The notes under the pieces: model-generated
What the model was told of the DNA's origin: nothing
Database searches by the model: none
What the model saw: the letters and a program-made list of their open reading frames with translations, nothing else
Source: Chiloscyllium plagiosum
Lineage: Eukaryota
Length of the DNA: 64,000 bases
Reading direction: 5' to 3'
Assembly: GCF_004010195.1 (NCBI RefSeq)
Contig: NC_057750.1
Coordinates: 16,012,550 to 16,076,549 of the forward strand
Shown here: one piece after another, positions 25,763 to 40,100 of the stretch
Position numbering within the stretch: position 1 is the stretch's first letter
How the letters are laid out: the number at the start of each line of letters is the position of its first letter
Translations under genes and position numbers: made by a program

Positions 25763-27019
25763 GGGAGGAAATAAAGATGCCAACCAGCATGTGATGGTTC
25801 TATAACTTAAGACTTTGGCACACTGGTGGTTTTGAGGTCATAATGCTCCGTGCATTGAGTACTGGATCTCAATGCTTTTACCTGTGGAGGGTACCAAATC
25901 TCAATACAGATTTCTCATAAACCGATGGTTGGTATCTCACTAAGTATAATCCATGGAGAACACCAGATCTAATTAGCCATGTTTCAGCAAGAGAGAGGAG
26001 AAAAGTGGCAAATTTATCACCGTGAGATTCTATTATGTTAGTAGATATTGGCCATATACTGACTTTATGGTCCAGGTGCATAGTGGACAATGTTAATTTT
26101 TTTGGTCTAAGTCTTCGCAGGACCTCATTATTTCCCTCTGAGCTACTGTAGCTGCATGTCTGTTTAAAGCACAGAGAACGATTGACACAGTCAGATCTGA
26201 ATTTCAAAATTGTTCAGTGCAAAGGAACACATCATCCGGCAGATAATGTACTCTAATCACTTGAAGACGTTTCACAATGCTGGGTGATTTAATGATAATT
26301 TCTCTTTTCGGAATAAAGTCCTATCATTAATCACTGTATTAAAAACATACAAAACTTATACGCTATTTCATTGTTGTTAACCCTTCTCTTTTCTTGGGTA
26401 TCAAATGGTTTCTGCTTCCAAACCAGGACTTTTCCTATGGTTTGCAACAGCTTTGAGCTGGTGTAAATCACATCACTGTTGAAATTTGCCCAACTCCATT
26501 GAAATTTAAATGGGGGAGGAGTGGGATCTGAAATTCTTCAGTGGAGTCAACCATTTCAATCTTTACCACTGCCGATTTCTGTCAGTGTGAATGGAGGAGG
26601 AATCCCAGAATTTGTTGGGCCTACAACTTCAATCTCTATGTCACATGGAATAATTCCAGGCCATTGATTAAACATAACCCTTAGATATTTTCATGTCCCT
26701 TAGTGTGTCTCGTTGCTTATAATGATTTTCTAAATCAATTAGAAGCACTTTCATTTTGAATATGTTTTTCTCTTCACTTGTTTCTGATAACATGCTGGAT
26801 GTGAAGCTCTGACATTTTCCATTTCCTTTTCTTCAATATTAATTTTGTTCATTCTTTCTTCACATGGTTTTCTAATCTTCATATTTTGGGTAGCCAAGAC
26901 TCAGATTCTTTACCAGTTACTGAGCAAAACACAGACTTAAGGTTCTGTCTTTCATTTTACTATTTCCTATCCTTTGATTGTAATGTTTTCTGTAATGTTG
27001 ATTGAACTAAAGGTAGAAA

Positions 27020-30000
27020 AACCACAGATTTAGTCAGGTGGATGGTTGACCGCTAAGGATGGTAGGAGAGGGAGCGAGGTAGTGCAGGAGTCCCCTGTGG
27101 CTATCTCCATCTCAAATAGATATGCTGTTTTAGAAATTGTAGTGGGGAATAGCTTCTCAGGAAAATATAGCACTGACAGCCAGATTTCTCGTACCTTGAC
27201 TGGTTCTACTGTAATGAGGGATTTGTCAGGTTTCATGTGATCAGTTGTAATAGGGGACAGTCTAGTCTGGGGTACAGAAAGACATTTCTGTAGCTGTCAG
27301 TGAGATATCAGGATGATGTGTTGCTTCCCTGGTGCTAGGGTCACGGATATCTTGAAGAGTCTATAGAGTATTCAGAAAAGAGAGAGTGATCAGCAGGAGG
27401 TCGTTCTGCACATTGGTACCTACAGCTTAGATAGGGAAAGAGATGGGGTTCTGCACAGAGAATAAAGGAAACTAGGCAGGCAGTTAAAAAGTAGATCTTT
27501 GAGGGTAGTAATACCTGACAGCTACTGGTGCCTCACATTAATGAGAGTAAGAATAGGAGAATAGAGCAGATGAATGTGCGGCTGAGAAGCTGGTACAGGG
27601 GCAAGGATTCACATTTTTGGACTATTGGGATCTCCTTATTGGTAGAAATAACTATAAGAGGGACGCTTCTACATGAATTGGAAGGGGACCAATATCCTCA
27701 TGGGAACATCTGGTGTACTTCGGAGGCTTTAAACTTCTATGAGGGTTGGGGTGGGGGTGGTGGGGGTGTGGGTGTTGGTTGGTACTGAGAAAAGGCTAAG
27801 GCTGGTGCAGTCGATAAGGTGAGAAAGTCAAATAATCGAGTCAGAGAATGAGGTAAGACTGATAAATTAAACTGCATGTATTTCAAGCAAGAGGCCTGAC
27901 AAGAAAGGCAGATGAACTTGGCGTTGGTGGGGAACATGGGATTGGGATATCATAGCTGTTACAGAAATGTGGTTCAGGGATGGACTGGAAACTTAATGTT
28001 CCAGGGTGTTATAGGAACGATAAAAACAGAGGCAAGAGAAGAGTGGTGCTTTTGGTTAGGGATAACATTATGGCTGTACTTGGGGAGGATGTTCATGGGA
28101 GATTGTCCACTAAAGTTATTTGGGTGGAACTGAGAAATAAGAAAGGAATGATCATCTTATTGGGATTGTATTATTGGACGCCCAAATAGTCAGCAGGAAA
28201 TTGAGAAGCAGATTTGTAAGGGGATCTCAGATGTTTGTAAGAGTAATAGGGTTATAATGGTAGGGGATTTTAACTTTGCAAATATAGACTGGGTCTGCCG
28301 TTGCGTTAAGGGCTCGAACAGGGAGGATTTTGTTAAGATTGCATGAGAAAACTTTCTTATTCAATATGTGAATGTATCTATGAGAGAAGGAGCAAAACTT
28401 GATTGTCTGTTGAAAATAAGGCAGAGCAAGTAACTGATGTGTCAGTGGGGGAGCACTTTGGGACAAGTGATCATAATTCGACTAGTTTTAAAATAGTTAG
28501 GCCTGATCTAAAAGTTAAATTTCTAAATTGGAGTAAGATCAATTTTGACGGTATTAGACAGGAACTTTCAAAAGTTGATTGGAGGAGGCTACTCACAGGT
28601 AAAAGGACAGTTGGGAAACAGGAGGCCTTTACCAATTAGATTATGAGTTCAGAGACAGTAAGTGTGACAGTTAGTGTGTAGGGCAAGACTAGTAAGCGTA
28701 GGGAATATTGGATGACTAGAGAAATGAGGCTCTGGTTAAGAAAAAGATGTAGGCATGTATGAGACATAGACAGCTCGGATTGAGTGAATCCCTCGAGATG
28801 TATTAGGGCAATAGGAGTATAGTTAAGGGAGAAATCAAGAGGGCAAAAAGGGACATAAATAGTTTTGGCAAAAAGAAGGTTGGTAAGAATCCAAAGAGAT
28901 TCTAGAAGTACATTAAGGGCAAAAGAGTAATGAGGGAGTAAACAGGCCCCTTAAAGACTAACGTGGCCGTCTATGTTGAAACCACAGGAGATGGGTAAGA
29001 TACTAAACAAATATTTCTTGCCACTATTTACTGTGGAGAAGAACATGGAAGTTAGGGAACTTGGAGAAACAAATAATGGTGTTTTGAAAAGAGCTGATTT
29101 CGCTGAAGAGGTGGTGCTGGAGCTCTTAAAACACGTAAAGGTGGATAAGTCCCTAGGAGCTGATCAGGTGTTTCCCAGAACTTTGAGGGAAACTAAGGAA
29201 GGGATTGCTGGGCCCCTTGCTGAGATATTTGTATCATTGACTGCCATGGGTGAGATGCCGGACGACTGGAGTTTGGCTAATGTGGTGCAATTGTTTAAGA
29301 AGGCTATAAGGAAAAGTCAGGGAACTATAGACCAGTGAGCTTAATGTCAATGATGGATAAGTTGTTGAAGAGAATTCTGAGGGAAAGGATTCACATGCAT
29401 TTGGAAAGGCAAGGACTGTTTAGGGATAGTCTGCATTGCTTTGTGCATGGAAAATCAAGCCTCACTAACTTGGTTGTGTTTTCTGAAGAGGTGACAAAAA
29501 AGATTAATGAAGGCAGAGTGGTAGGTGTTATCTATTTGGATTTCAGCATAGCGTTCAACAAGGTTCCGCATTGTAAACTGGTTAGTAAAGTTAGATCACA
29601 TGGGATCCTGAGGGAAGCTAGTGCTATGAAGCGGAGGCCGACACCCCTCTGATAATTAAAACCAAAACACCCAGAGAAGCTCACCTCGCCTCGTAATCTG
29701 ATAAAAGAAGTGTAAAGAGTGGTATAACCTACCTCTTACCCCCAATCTGTTGTAAAGAAGTGGTTAAATGAAATGGAATCCTTTCACCCACTCTGTAATT
29801 AACAAGCAACAATTTATTTATCTAACTTCAACAGTGAACAAGTTAGCACAATTACCAACAAACCAAACAATCCCTCTCTAACTACCTATTCCTGAACAAA
29901 ACAAGATTCTAATAGTACACTGTTCCAATAACACCGGTCCCACTTATATACATCCAAGTAATAAGAAAATAATAAATTAAAATTTAGTCTCTCAAAGTTC

Positions 30001-31600
30001 ACACAGAATGTGTCTTCCTGAACTTTCTGTATCTTCTTTTGTTGTCTTTCTCTGTCTGATATGCCTTCTTAGTCATTTTCTGGTTCAAGAATATTATGTA
30101 AGAGAGCCATGTACCTTTATGAATAGATGGTGCTTTTTTCCTGAGAGCTGGAAAGTTCTTATCTCTTCAGATGGTAATTGGCTCTCACCTCTCAGTCCAA
30201 TTGCCCTCGTCTTTGTAACTGTGACTGACATATTAATTTCTTTACAACCAGATTGGTTCAAGGTTATCAACACCATCAGATTTAAATTTAATTGGCTTTC
30301 AGTCTCTAAGTGCTTGGTTTAAATTAATTGGGCTAAATTTAAAAAAACTTGTCTTGGTAAAAATGCTGCTTGGCTGTTTGATACAAAATGTTTCAATCTG
30401 TGCACCTGCACTTTAACTGCTGTTCAGATATCCATTTTAACAATAAGCACCAAAAAGAACATCATCTCTTAAAGGGCCATGCACTGATTTCCCCCATTTT
30501 ACAATCTTAGCATTTTTATACACCAACTTTGCAACATTAGCCAATTGGACACAAAGTTGGCTTGAAGGTACGAGACAGAAGGTGATGGTAGAAGATTGCT
30601 TTTTGGATGGGAGGCCTGTGACCAGCAGTGTACCACAAGGATCGATGCTGGGTCCACTGCTGCTTCTCATTTATATAAATAATTTGGACATGAATATAGG
30701 AGATTTGGCTAGTAAGTTTGCAGAAGACACCAAAATAAATGGGCAGGGAAGAAGATTACCTCAGAATACCGCAGCACCTTGATCGGATGGGCCATTGAGC
30801 CGAGGAGTGACAGATGGGGTTTACGTTAGATAAATGTGACATGTATTTTGGTAAGACAAACTAGGGCAGGACTTGTACGGTTAATGGTAGGGCTCTGAGG
30901 AATGTTGCTGATCAAATAGACGTCAGGGTGCAGGTGTGTAGTTCCTTGAAAGTGGATTCGCAGGTAAACAGGATGGTGAAGAAGGCATTTGATACACTTG
31001 CCTTCATTGGTCAGAATATTGAGTATAAGACGTGGATGTCAGGATATTGATGCCACTTTTAGAATACTGTGTTCATTTCTGGTTGTCCTTCTATAGGCAA
31101 GATATTGTTAAACTTGAGAGGGTGCAGAAAAGATAAAGAATGATGTTTCTGGCACTGGAGGGTTTAAGTTATAGGAAAATGTTAAACGGGCTGTGGCTTT
31201 TTTATGTGGAGCATTGGAGGCTGAGGGGTGATCTTGCTGAGGTTTATAAAGTCATGAGCGGCATGAATAAGGTGAATAGCCTAGGTCTTTTTCCTAGGGT
31301 GGGGAAGTCCAAAACTAGAGAGCATAGATTTTAAGGTGAGAAGGGAAAGATTTAAAAAGGACCTGAGGGGTAACCTTTTCATGCAGAGGGTGGTGCGTGT
31401 ATGGAACAAGCTGCCAAAGGAAGTAGTGGAGGCAGGTACAATTACACCATTTCAAAAGTATCTGGATGGGTATATGAGTTGGGCTTGTTTAGAGGGATAT
31501 GGACCAAATGCTGGCAAATGGGACTAAGACAAATTGGGATATCTGGTCGATGCAAACAAGCTGGAGCGAAGGGCATGTTTCATGCTGTTTGGCTGTTATG
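27020..31600 (+). mobile_element. Long decayed CR1 LINE (ORF1 end, APE endonuclease, RT, 3' tail)
   Basis: ORFs 27046, 27980, 28403 (EHFGTSDHN), 28973, 29335, 30582 (VPQGSMLGPLL), 31140, 31336. Confidence 0.85.
29622..30536. mobile_element. Probable solo LTR nested in CR1
   Basis: TG…CA ends; 4-bp TSD ctag/ttag; CR1 RT sequence resumes exactly after it (gaagctag|ccaattgg). Confidence 0.65.
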
Positions 31601-31923
31601 TGACAAATTGCAGTCTGCTATGTTCTCCGGATAATGAAATGTGAGGAAGTATAAGACATTATCTTGAAATGGGATTGCAAGTCAAGCTATTCTTTCTTTT
31701 GGTTGCAATGAACAGTAATGAATAATGGCTTAAAACCATGTTTCTTAGTGTTTTTGAGGATTTTAATGTCAATTGCACTAATATTTTCCAATTTGGTTGT
31801 ATACCAATCCTTGTTACATCTCTGATTCACACATATTTCTTTTTGATGGTAAGCATATCTGTTGATCATGTTGAACATGATTAAATCCCTCACTCTGTCT
31901 TCCTGAACCTTGTTTTTTGCTAG

Positions 31924-32037
31924 GATTTTGGTGAAGATATGCATAGGAGAAATGTGCATGACCTAGGACATCAGCCGTGTGGAGAGAAGAAAGGGAAAGT
32001 ACTCTGCAAATTCTTTGTCGAGGGCAGATGCTCAAAG
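31924..32037 (+). CDS. ZC3H4: ZC3H4 coding exon, start of CCCH finger 1 (…[18 protein letters not shown])
   Basis: ttttttgctag| acceptor, AAG|gtgagg donor; 114 nt, phase 0/0; translated by hand. Confidence 0.93.
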
Positions 32038-32994
32038 GTGAGGATGTACATTTAAGAATTATTGCTTCTGTAACTCTATTCATAGCTGAGGGGTCAGTTA
32101 TTTTAACATAAACTAGAAACGGAAAATGACACTATATTCTATTAACCAAGTTCACAGTAATCAAGCCTTGCATCTGCATTCACACACCTGATGTTTTAGT
32201 TGGGCTGACAATAGTTTTTTAAAAAATAGAATTGATTTTTGAGAAGATTTGTAGCTCATAGAATTGATGTTTAATATCCCCTCTATCTTAGAGATGCAGG
32301 TATGAATTATAAACAATACCTCTGTCCATAACCCATGGGTCAGTTATTCAACACAGACTAGAAATGAAATTCCAGTTTATTAAACATATTTTCAGCCCAA
32401 AGTTGACCTTTTAAAAAAATGTTTGCATATATATATATATCAGCATATTATGTAAGTATTTGCAGCTATTCCCTGCTGATGAGGCTTAATTCCACTGATA
32501 AGTTTCAGTATTTGAGCATTGCACGTAATTGAGTCTGAAACACAGCTTTCAGCATTTATGAATATGAAGCCAGCAATGTGTAGGAACATGATATAGATCA
32601 TTCATGTATAATGAAACAAAGAACCATGCTTGTAAAAGAGCTGAAACATGCAAAAAAAACCCAGAAACAGAGCAGATTCATTTTGACAAATGGCAACTGG
32701 ACTCAAAATTTAAAATGCTGTTTTCTCCTCACAAATTCTGCCAGACATGCTTAGTTTCTCCACCAATTTCAGTTCTGTCTGTTTTATTTGAGTGTATGTT
32801 CAACTCTGCACCTGAGTTGGAAAATCTGGTTAATAAATGTTCCAAGTTGCTTCTACTGAATTATATGTCAATTAGCCCCAAAATCTAATTGCCCCAGTTC
32901 ATACTCTAGGTGACAGCTGACAGAGATTTATGCCAAAATTTCAGAAATAGTATTAAAGCACCAGCCTAGGTAAATTTGTTTCAACATCTGAAAT

Positions 32995-33305
32995 TAGATT
33001 AGATTACTTACAGTGTGGAAATAGGCCCTTCGGCCCAACAAGTCCACACCAACCCTCTGAAGAGCAACCCATCCAGACCCATTTCCCTACATTTACCCTT
33101 TCACCGAACACTACGGGCAGTTTAGCATGGCCAGTTCACCTAACCTGCACATTTTTGGACTGTGGGAGGAAACCGGAGCACCTGGAGGAAACCCACGCAG
33201 ACACGGGGAGAATGTGCAAACTCCACACAGACAGTTGCCTGAGGCAGGAATTGAACCCGGGTCTCTGGCGTTGTGAGGCAGCAGTGCTAACCACTGTGCC
33301 GCCCA
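32995..33305 (-). mobile_element. HE1-like SINE (young copy)
   Basis: reverse complement of the 11909 family; attag-repeat tail. Confidence 0.85.
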
Positions 33306-33590
33306 TGGCTAAAGCAAAACATCACCTAGTTGTTTGCATTTTGGTTGTGACCATGAAACTATCATTGTTTGCCATGAAAACCCTTGTGGTTCTTTAAAAC
33401 CCTTTAAGAGGTGTGCGGTGGGTAGCATCTCTCCTGTGTAGCAAGAATGACCCTTGTTCACATCCAGTTGTGAGACTTGATTGTCACAGATGTTTTGTGC
33501 ATAAAGTGACTAAGCAGGTTAAGTACCAATCTGCAAATCCTTCCAATGCATCTAAGACAGGTGATAGGAGTAGGATAGTATCCTTGACAG

Positions 33591-33736
33591 GGTAAAAACA
33601 ATGATTGCAGATGCTGGAAACCAGATTCTGGATTAGTGGTGCTGGAAGAGCACAGCAGTTCAGGCAGCATCCAAGGAGCAGTAAACTGCTCCTCAGATGC
33701 TGCCTGAACTGCTGTGCTCTTCCAGCACCACTAACC
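33591..33736. mobile_element. Penelope-like hairpin element (family B variant), truncated before the hammerhead
   Basis: inverted arms centred ~33683; perfect 15-bp TSD tagtatccttgacag (33576-33590 / 33737-33751). Confidence 0.8.
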
Positions 33737-33999
33737 TAGTATCCTTGACAGCCATGCCGGAGGAGGCGTTGGCATAGTGGTAACTTCACTGGGTTAGTAC
33801 CCTCGGCAGATGCTCTGGGACCAAGGTAGCTGGTGGAACATAAATTCAATTGCATATGGAGTTAAAGGTTAATCTCAATAATGTAGAAACATTGTCAACT
33901 TTAGCAGGTCTGGCAGTATTTATGAAGAGGTAAAAAACTCAATGTTTCGAGTCCAGTGACCGTTCTTCAGAACTGACAGCAAATAGGAAATAATCAACT

Positions 34000-34600
34000 A
34001 GGAGAAAGTGAGGACTGCAGATGCTGGAGATCAGAGCCAAAGAGGGTGGTGCTGGAAAAGCGTAGCCAGTCAAGCAATGTCCAAAGTGCAGGAGAGTCGA
34101 TGTTTCGAGCAATAGCTCTTCATCAGGAAATGGGGGCTGGCCCATGGGGGTTGAGAGATAATTGGGAGAAGGGTGGAGCTGTGGAGGAAGGTAGCTGGGA
34201 GGTGAATGCGACAGGGAGGTGAAGGTGATAGATCGGAGAGGATGATTGAGCAGATGGTAGATGGACAGGTAGGTCAGTTTAAGAGGACAGTGTCAAGTTG
34301 GAAGGTTAGATCTGGGATAAGGTGGGTGGAGGAGTAATGTAGAAACTGGTGAAACCCACATTGATCTCATGTGGTTGGAGGGTCCCAAGGTGGAAGATGA
34401 GGCGTTCTTCCTTCAGGCGTCGTGTGGCTATAGTTTGGCAATGGAGGAGGCCCAGGACATGCATGCCCTTGGCGGAGTGGGAGGGGGAGTTGAAGTGTGT
34501 TCCAGAGATGTTCTCTTAAATGTTCCGCAAGTTGGCGTCCTGTCTTCCCAATATAGAGGAGACCACATCGAAAGCAACGGACACACTAGATTACATGTGT
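34000..34600 (-). mobile_element. Penelope-like element (family B) with GIY-YIG remnant
   Basis: terminus as at 25057; body homologous to 46370-46830. Confidence 0.75.
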
Positions 34601-34759
34601 GTGAAAGAGGAAATAATGATATTTATGTTGATGATGGGTACAACTGAATGGATAGGTGGAGACTGAGCCAGTAGAGACAGAGAAAATAAGTTAGGCAGAC
34701 CAAAAGATTATAGATGATAAGCCAGGCAAGAAGAGAAGCCAGATAGGTGATAATGGGGA

Positions 34760-35090
34760 TCAATAGATGTGAAGCTGGAAAATCACAGCAGGTCAGACAG
34801 CATCCGAAGAGCTGGAAAATCAACATTTTGGCCCAAAGCATTGACATTTCTGCTTCTTAGACACTGTCTGACTTGCTGTGCTTTTCCAGCTTCGCACCAA
34901 CTGACTCTGGCTTCCAGCGTCTGTTTTCCTTGCGATAATGAGGGATGTGTAGTTGTAAATACTTTAAAATCACACAACACCAGGTTATAGTCCAACAGGT
35001 TTATTTGGAAGCACAAACTTTCGAGCCGCTGCCTCCTCATTAGGTGGTTGTGGAACATGACCATATGACACACAATTTGATTAGCAAATT
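34760..35090. mobile_element. Adjacent Penelope-like termini (family B hairpin ~34760-34930, family A terminus ~34962-35090)
   Basis: homology to the other copies; inverted arms. Confidence 0.65.
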
Positions 35091-35139
35091 GAAAGTAGTT
35101 TGGCAGTGTTGAAAACAACCCATGTTATGACAGGGCCTG

Positions 35140-35710
35140 GGATGTGGGAAAGGGTAGTAGACTTCAAAAGAGATGGTTATTCTCAAAAATATTTGACTTG
35201 ATATTGAGACCTGAAGGCTGTAAGGTTTCAAGCGAAAGATGAGAATTTGTTCTTAAAGCTTGTATTGAGCCTTGTTGGAGCACTGCAGCAGACTGGAGAC
35301 AGAAATGTTGTCATGGGAACGGGCAGCTGAAAACTTGGGGTCATTTTTACAGACAGAACATAGGTGTTCTACAAAGCAGTGACCCAGTCTGTGTTTCATC
35401 TCCCCAGTGTAGAGGAGACTGTATTCTGAGCAGTAAATACATAGACGAGATTGAGTGAAGAGCAGGTTTCATCTGAAAGGAGTGGCTAGATAGTGAGGAG
35501 AGAGGATGTAAATGGGCAAGTGTTGCACCATTTTGTGATTGCATAAAAAGGTGCCATGGGAAGGTGTTGGGAGTGGAGGAGGAGTGGTCCAGAGTGTCCT
35601 GGAGGGAACGCTCCTTGGAGGGAAGATGAGGGAGGGAAGGGAACTATATGTCTGTGGTGGCATCTGGCTGGAGGTGGCAGAAGCATGGCTTATGATCCTT
35701 TGGATGAACA
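35140..35710 (-). mobile_element. Decayed Penelope-like GIY-YIG region; probably continues at ~40990-41220
   Basis: minus-strand LLYTGEMKHRLGHCFVEHL motif. Confidence 0.6.
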
Positions 35711-36529
35711 TAGAATAGGTAAGGTGAATTGGCCATGCTAAATTGCCCATAGTGTTCAGGGATGTGTAGGCTAGGTGCATGTGTCAGGAGAAATGCAGAG
35801 TAATAGGGTAAGGAAATGGGTCTAGGTTGGATACTCTTTGGAGGGTCAGTGTGGACTTGATGGCTTCTTTTCACACGATAGGGATTCTATGAGAACACAA
35901 AACAGTATAGCACAATATAGGCCTTTGGGCCCTTGATGTTGTGCTGACCTTATATCGCACTCTTGGACCAGACAACTCTACATACCCTTCATTGTATAAT
36001 CTTCCATGTCCCTATCCAACAGTTGTTTAAATGTCCCTAACGTATCTGACTCTACTGCTACTGTTATCAGTGCATTCCACGCACCCATCACAAAGAACCT
36101 GCCTCTGACATCTCCCCTAAACCTTCCTCCACCTAGACATTGTGCCCCTTTGTGATATACATTTCCACCATGGGAAAAAGTGTCTGGCTACCCACTGTAT
36201 CTATGCCTCTCTTCATCTTGTACACTTCTGTGAAGTCACCTCTCATCCTTCTTCGCTCCAAAGAGAAAAGCCCTAGCTTCCTCAACCTTTCTTCATAAGA
36301 CATGCCCTTCAGTCCAGGCAGCATCCTGGTAAATCTCCTCTGCACCCTCTCTGAAGCTTCCACATCTTTCTGTAATGAGGCGACCAGAACTGAACACAAT
36401 ACTCCAAGTGTGTGGTCTAATCAAGACTCGATTAGATTAGATTACATTACAGTGTGGAAACAGGCCCTTCGGCCCAACAAGTCCACACCGACCCGCCGAA
36501 GCGAAACCCACCCATACCCCTACATTTAC

Positions 36530-37138
36530 NNNNNNNNNNNNNNNNNNNNNNNNNNNNNNNNNNNNNNNNNNNNNNNNNNNNNNNNNNNNNNNNNNNNNNN
36601 NNNNNNNNNNNNNNNNNNNNNNNNNNNNNNNNNNNNNNNNNNNNNNNNNNNNNNNNNNNNNNNNNNNNNNNNNNNNNNNNNNNNNNNNNNNNNNNNNNNN
36701 NNNNNNNNNNNNNNNNNNNNNNNNNNNNNNNNNNNNNNNNNNNNNNNNNNNNNNNNNNNNNNNNNNNNNNNNNNNNNNNNNNNNNNNNNNNNNNNNNNNN
36801 NNNNNNNNNNNNNNNNNNNNNNNNNNNNNNNNNNNNNNNNNNNNNNNNNNNNNNNNNNNNNNNNNNNNNNNNNNNNNNNNNNNNNNNNNNNNNNNNNNNN
36901 NNNNNNNNNNNNNNNNNNNNNNNNNNNNNNNNNNNNNNNNNNNNNNNNNNNNNNNNNNNNNNNNNNNNNNNNNNNNNNNNNNNNNNNNNNNNNNNNNNNN
37001 NNNNNNNNNNNNNNNNNNNNNNNNNNNNNNNNNNNNNNNNNNNNNNNNNNNNNNNNNNNNNNNNNNNNNNNNNNNNNNNNNNNNNNNNNNNNNNNNNNNN
37101 NNNNNNNNNNNNNNNNNNNNNNNNNNNNNNNNNNNNNN
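36530..37138. other. Assembly gap (N run)
   Basis: Ns between an HE1-like SINE end and a CR1. Confidence 0.99.
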
Positions 37139-40100
37139 CCCCAGCCTGTTCATCCTCTCCCTATAGCTCAGATCCTTCAACCCTGGCAACATCCTTGTAA
37201 ATCTTTTCTGAACCCTTTCAAATTTCACAACATCTTTCCGATAGGAAGACCAGAATTGCACGCAATATTCCAACAGTGGCCTAACCAATGTCTTGTGCAG
37301 TCGCAACATGACCTCCCAATTCCTGTACTCAATACTCTAACCAATAAAAGAAGACATACCAAATGCCTTCTTCACTATTCTCTGTACCTGCGACTCCAGT
37401 TTCAAGGAGCTATGAACCTATACTTCAAAATCTCTTTGTTCAGCAACACTCCCTAGGACCTTACCATTAAGTGTATAAGTCCTGCTAAAATTTGCTTTCC
37501 CAAAATGCAGTACCTCGCATTTATCTGAATTAAAATCCACCTGCCACTTCTCAGCCCATTGGCCCATCTGGTCCAGATCCTGTTGTAATCTGAGGTATCC
37601 CTGTTCGCTGTCCACTACACCTCCAATTTTGGTGTCATCTGCAAACTTACTAACTGTACCTGTTATGCTCGCATCCAAATCATTTACATAAATGACAAAA
37701 GGTAGAGGACCCAGCATCGATCCTTGCGGCACTCCACTGGTCACAAGCCTCCTGTCTGAAAAACAACCCTCCACCACCACCCTCTGTCTTCTACCGTTGA
37801 GCCAGTTCTGTATCCAAATGGCTAGTTCTCCTTGTATTCTATGAGATCTAACTTTGCAAATCAGTCCCCCATGGGGAACCTTGTTGAACGCCTTACTGAA
37901 GTTCATATAGATCACATCTACCGCTCTACCCTCATCAATCCTCTTTGTTACTTCTTCAAAAAACTCAATCAAGTTTGTGAGACATGATTTCCCACGCACG
38001 AAGACATGTTGACTATCCCTAATCAGTCCTTGCCTTTCCAAATACATGTACATTCTGTCCTTCAGGATTCCCTCCAGCAACTTGCCCATCACCGACATCG
38101 GCTCACTAGTTTTAGTTCCGTGACTTATCCTTACCACCCTTCTTAAACAGTGGCACCACATTAGCCAACCTCCAGTCTTCTGGCACCTCACCTGTGACTA
38201 TCGATGATCCAAATATCTTAGCAAGAGGCCCAGCAATCACTTCTCTAGCTTTCCACAGAGTTCTCGGGTACCCCTGATCAGGTCCAATGTGTTCCAAGAC
38301 ATCCAGCAATTTCTCCTCTGTAATATGAACATTTTGCAAGGTGTTGCCGTCTATTTCCCTATAGTCTATATCTTCCATATCCTTTTCACAGTAAATACTG
38401 ATGCAAAATACTTGTTTAGTATCTCCCCCATTTTCTGTGGCTCCACACAAAGGCCACCTTGCTGATCTTTGAGGGGCCCTATTCTCTCCCTAGTTACCAT
38501 TTTGCCCTTAATATATTTATAAAAACCCTTTGGATTCTCCTTAATTCTATTTGCCAAAGCTATCTCATGTCCACTTTTTGCCCTCCTGATTTCCCTCTTA
38601 AGTATTCTCCTACTGCCTTTATACTCTTCTAAGGATTCACTTGATCTATCCTGTTTATACCTTAATATGCTTCCTTTTTCTTAACCAAACCCTCAATTTC
38701 TTTAGTCATCCAGCATTCCCTATACCTACCAGCCTTTCCTTTCACCCTAACAGGAATATACTTTCTCTAGATTCTCATAATCTCTTCCTGAAGGCTTCCC
38801 ATTTTCCAGCCGTCCCTTTACCTGCGAATATCTGCCCCCAATCAGCTTTTGAAAGTTCTTTCCTAATTCCGTCAAAATTGGCCTTTCTCCAATTTTGAAC
38901 TTCAACTTTTAGATCTGGTCTGTCCTTTTCCATCACTATTTTAAATCTCATAGAATTATGGTCTCTGGCCCCAAGGTGCTCCCTCACTGACACCTCAGTC
39001 ACCTGCCCTGCCTTATTTCCCAAGAGTAGGTCAAGTTTTGCACCTTCATTAGTAGGTACATCCACATACTGAATCAGAAAATTTTCTTGTACACACTTAA
39101 CAAATTCCTTTCCATCTAAACCCTTAACACTATGGCAGTCCCAGTCTATGTTTGGAAAGTTAAAATCCCCTACCATAACCACTCTATTATTCTTACAGGT
39201 AGCTGAGATCTCCTTACAAGTTTTTTTCTCAATTTCCCTATTGGCAAACTTACCAACCCACCCTTCTACTTCGTCATTCAAGTTATTTGTAAAAATCACA
39301 AAGAACAGAGGTCCAAGAACCCTTTCTTGCAGAATACCACTGGTCTCCAAACCCCAAGCTGAATACTTTCCATCTTGTATGGGCGAGTCAGTTCTGTACC
39401 TAGACAGTCAGATTTTCCTGTATCCCATGTCTCCTTACTTTCTGAATGAGCCTACCATGGGAAACCTGATCAAACGCCTTGCTAAAATCCATGTACACCA
39501 CCACTGCTGTACTTTCATCGACGTGTTTTGTTACATCCTCAAAGAATTCACTAAGGTTTATGAGACATTACCTGCCCTCCTCAAAACCATGCTGACCATC
39601 TCTAATCAAACTATGGTTTTCCAAGTAGTCATAAATACTGTCTCTTGGAATACTCTCCATTGCTTTGCCCACCACAGATGTAAGAATGACTGGTCTGTAA
39701 TTCCCAGGATTATCCCTATTCCCTTTCTTGCACAAGTGAATAACATTTGCCACCCTCCAATTTTCTGACACTGCTCCAGTGGACAGTGAGGACGCAAAGA
39801 TCATCACCAAAGCCTCAGCAATCTCTTCCCTCACTTCCTGTAGTAACCTATGATATATCCCGTCCGGCCCAGGGGATTTATCTATCCAAACTTTTCAGCA
39901 CATCCTCCTTCTTAAATCAGTCAGTTTGAGCATATCAGTCTGTTTCACGCTGTCCTCAGAAATGTCAAAGCCCCTCTATTCCTAGCCTCACTAGCCTGTG
40001 GTACCAGTAGCAATCCTGAGATTACTACTTTGCTCATCCTGCCTTCTAGCTTCCAACCTAACTCCCCATATTCTGTTTTCAATTCCTCCTCCCTTTCCCT

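Noticed and set aside
25041..25776. Hairpin elements interpreted as DNA-transposon MITEs or CRISPR-like repeats
   Set aside because: Arms are asymmetric (one tail), TSD length varies from 9 to 17 bp, termini are linked elsewhere to GIY-YIG ORFs, and there is no regular repeat-spacer array.
36302..37456. Long ORFs of 248-384 aa in the ORF track
   Set aside because: They run through the N gap and are artefacts.
38775..39350. ORF with RT motifs upstream of endonuclease motifs (apparent novel domain order)
   Set aside because: Chance in-frame junction of two adjacent or nested CR1 fragments near 39240.
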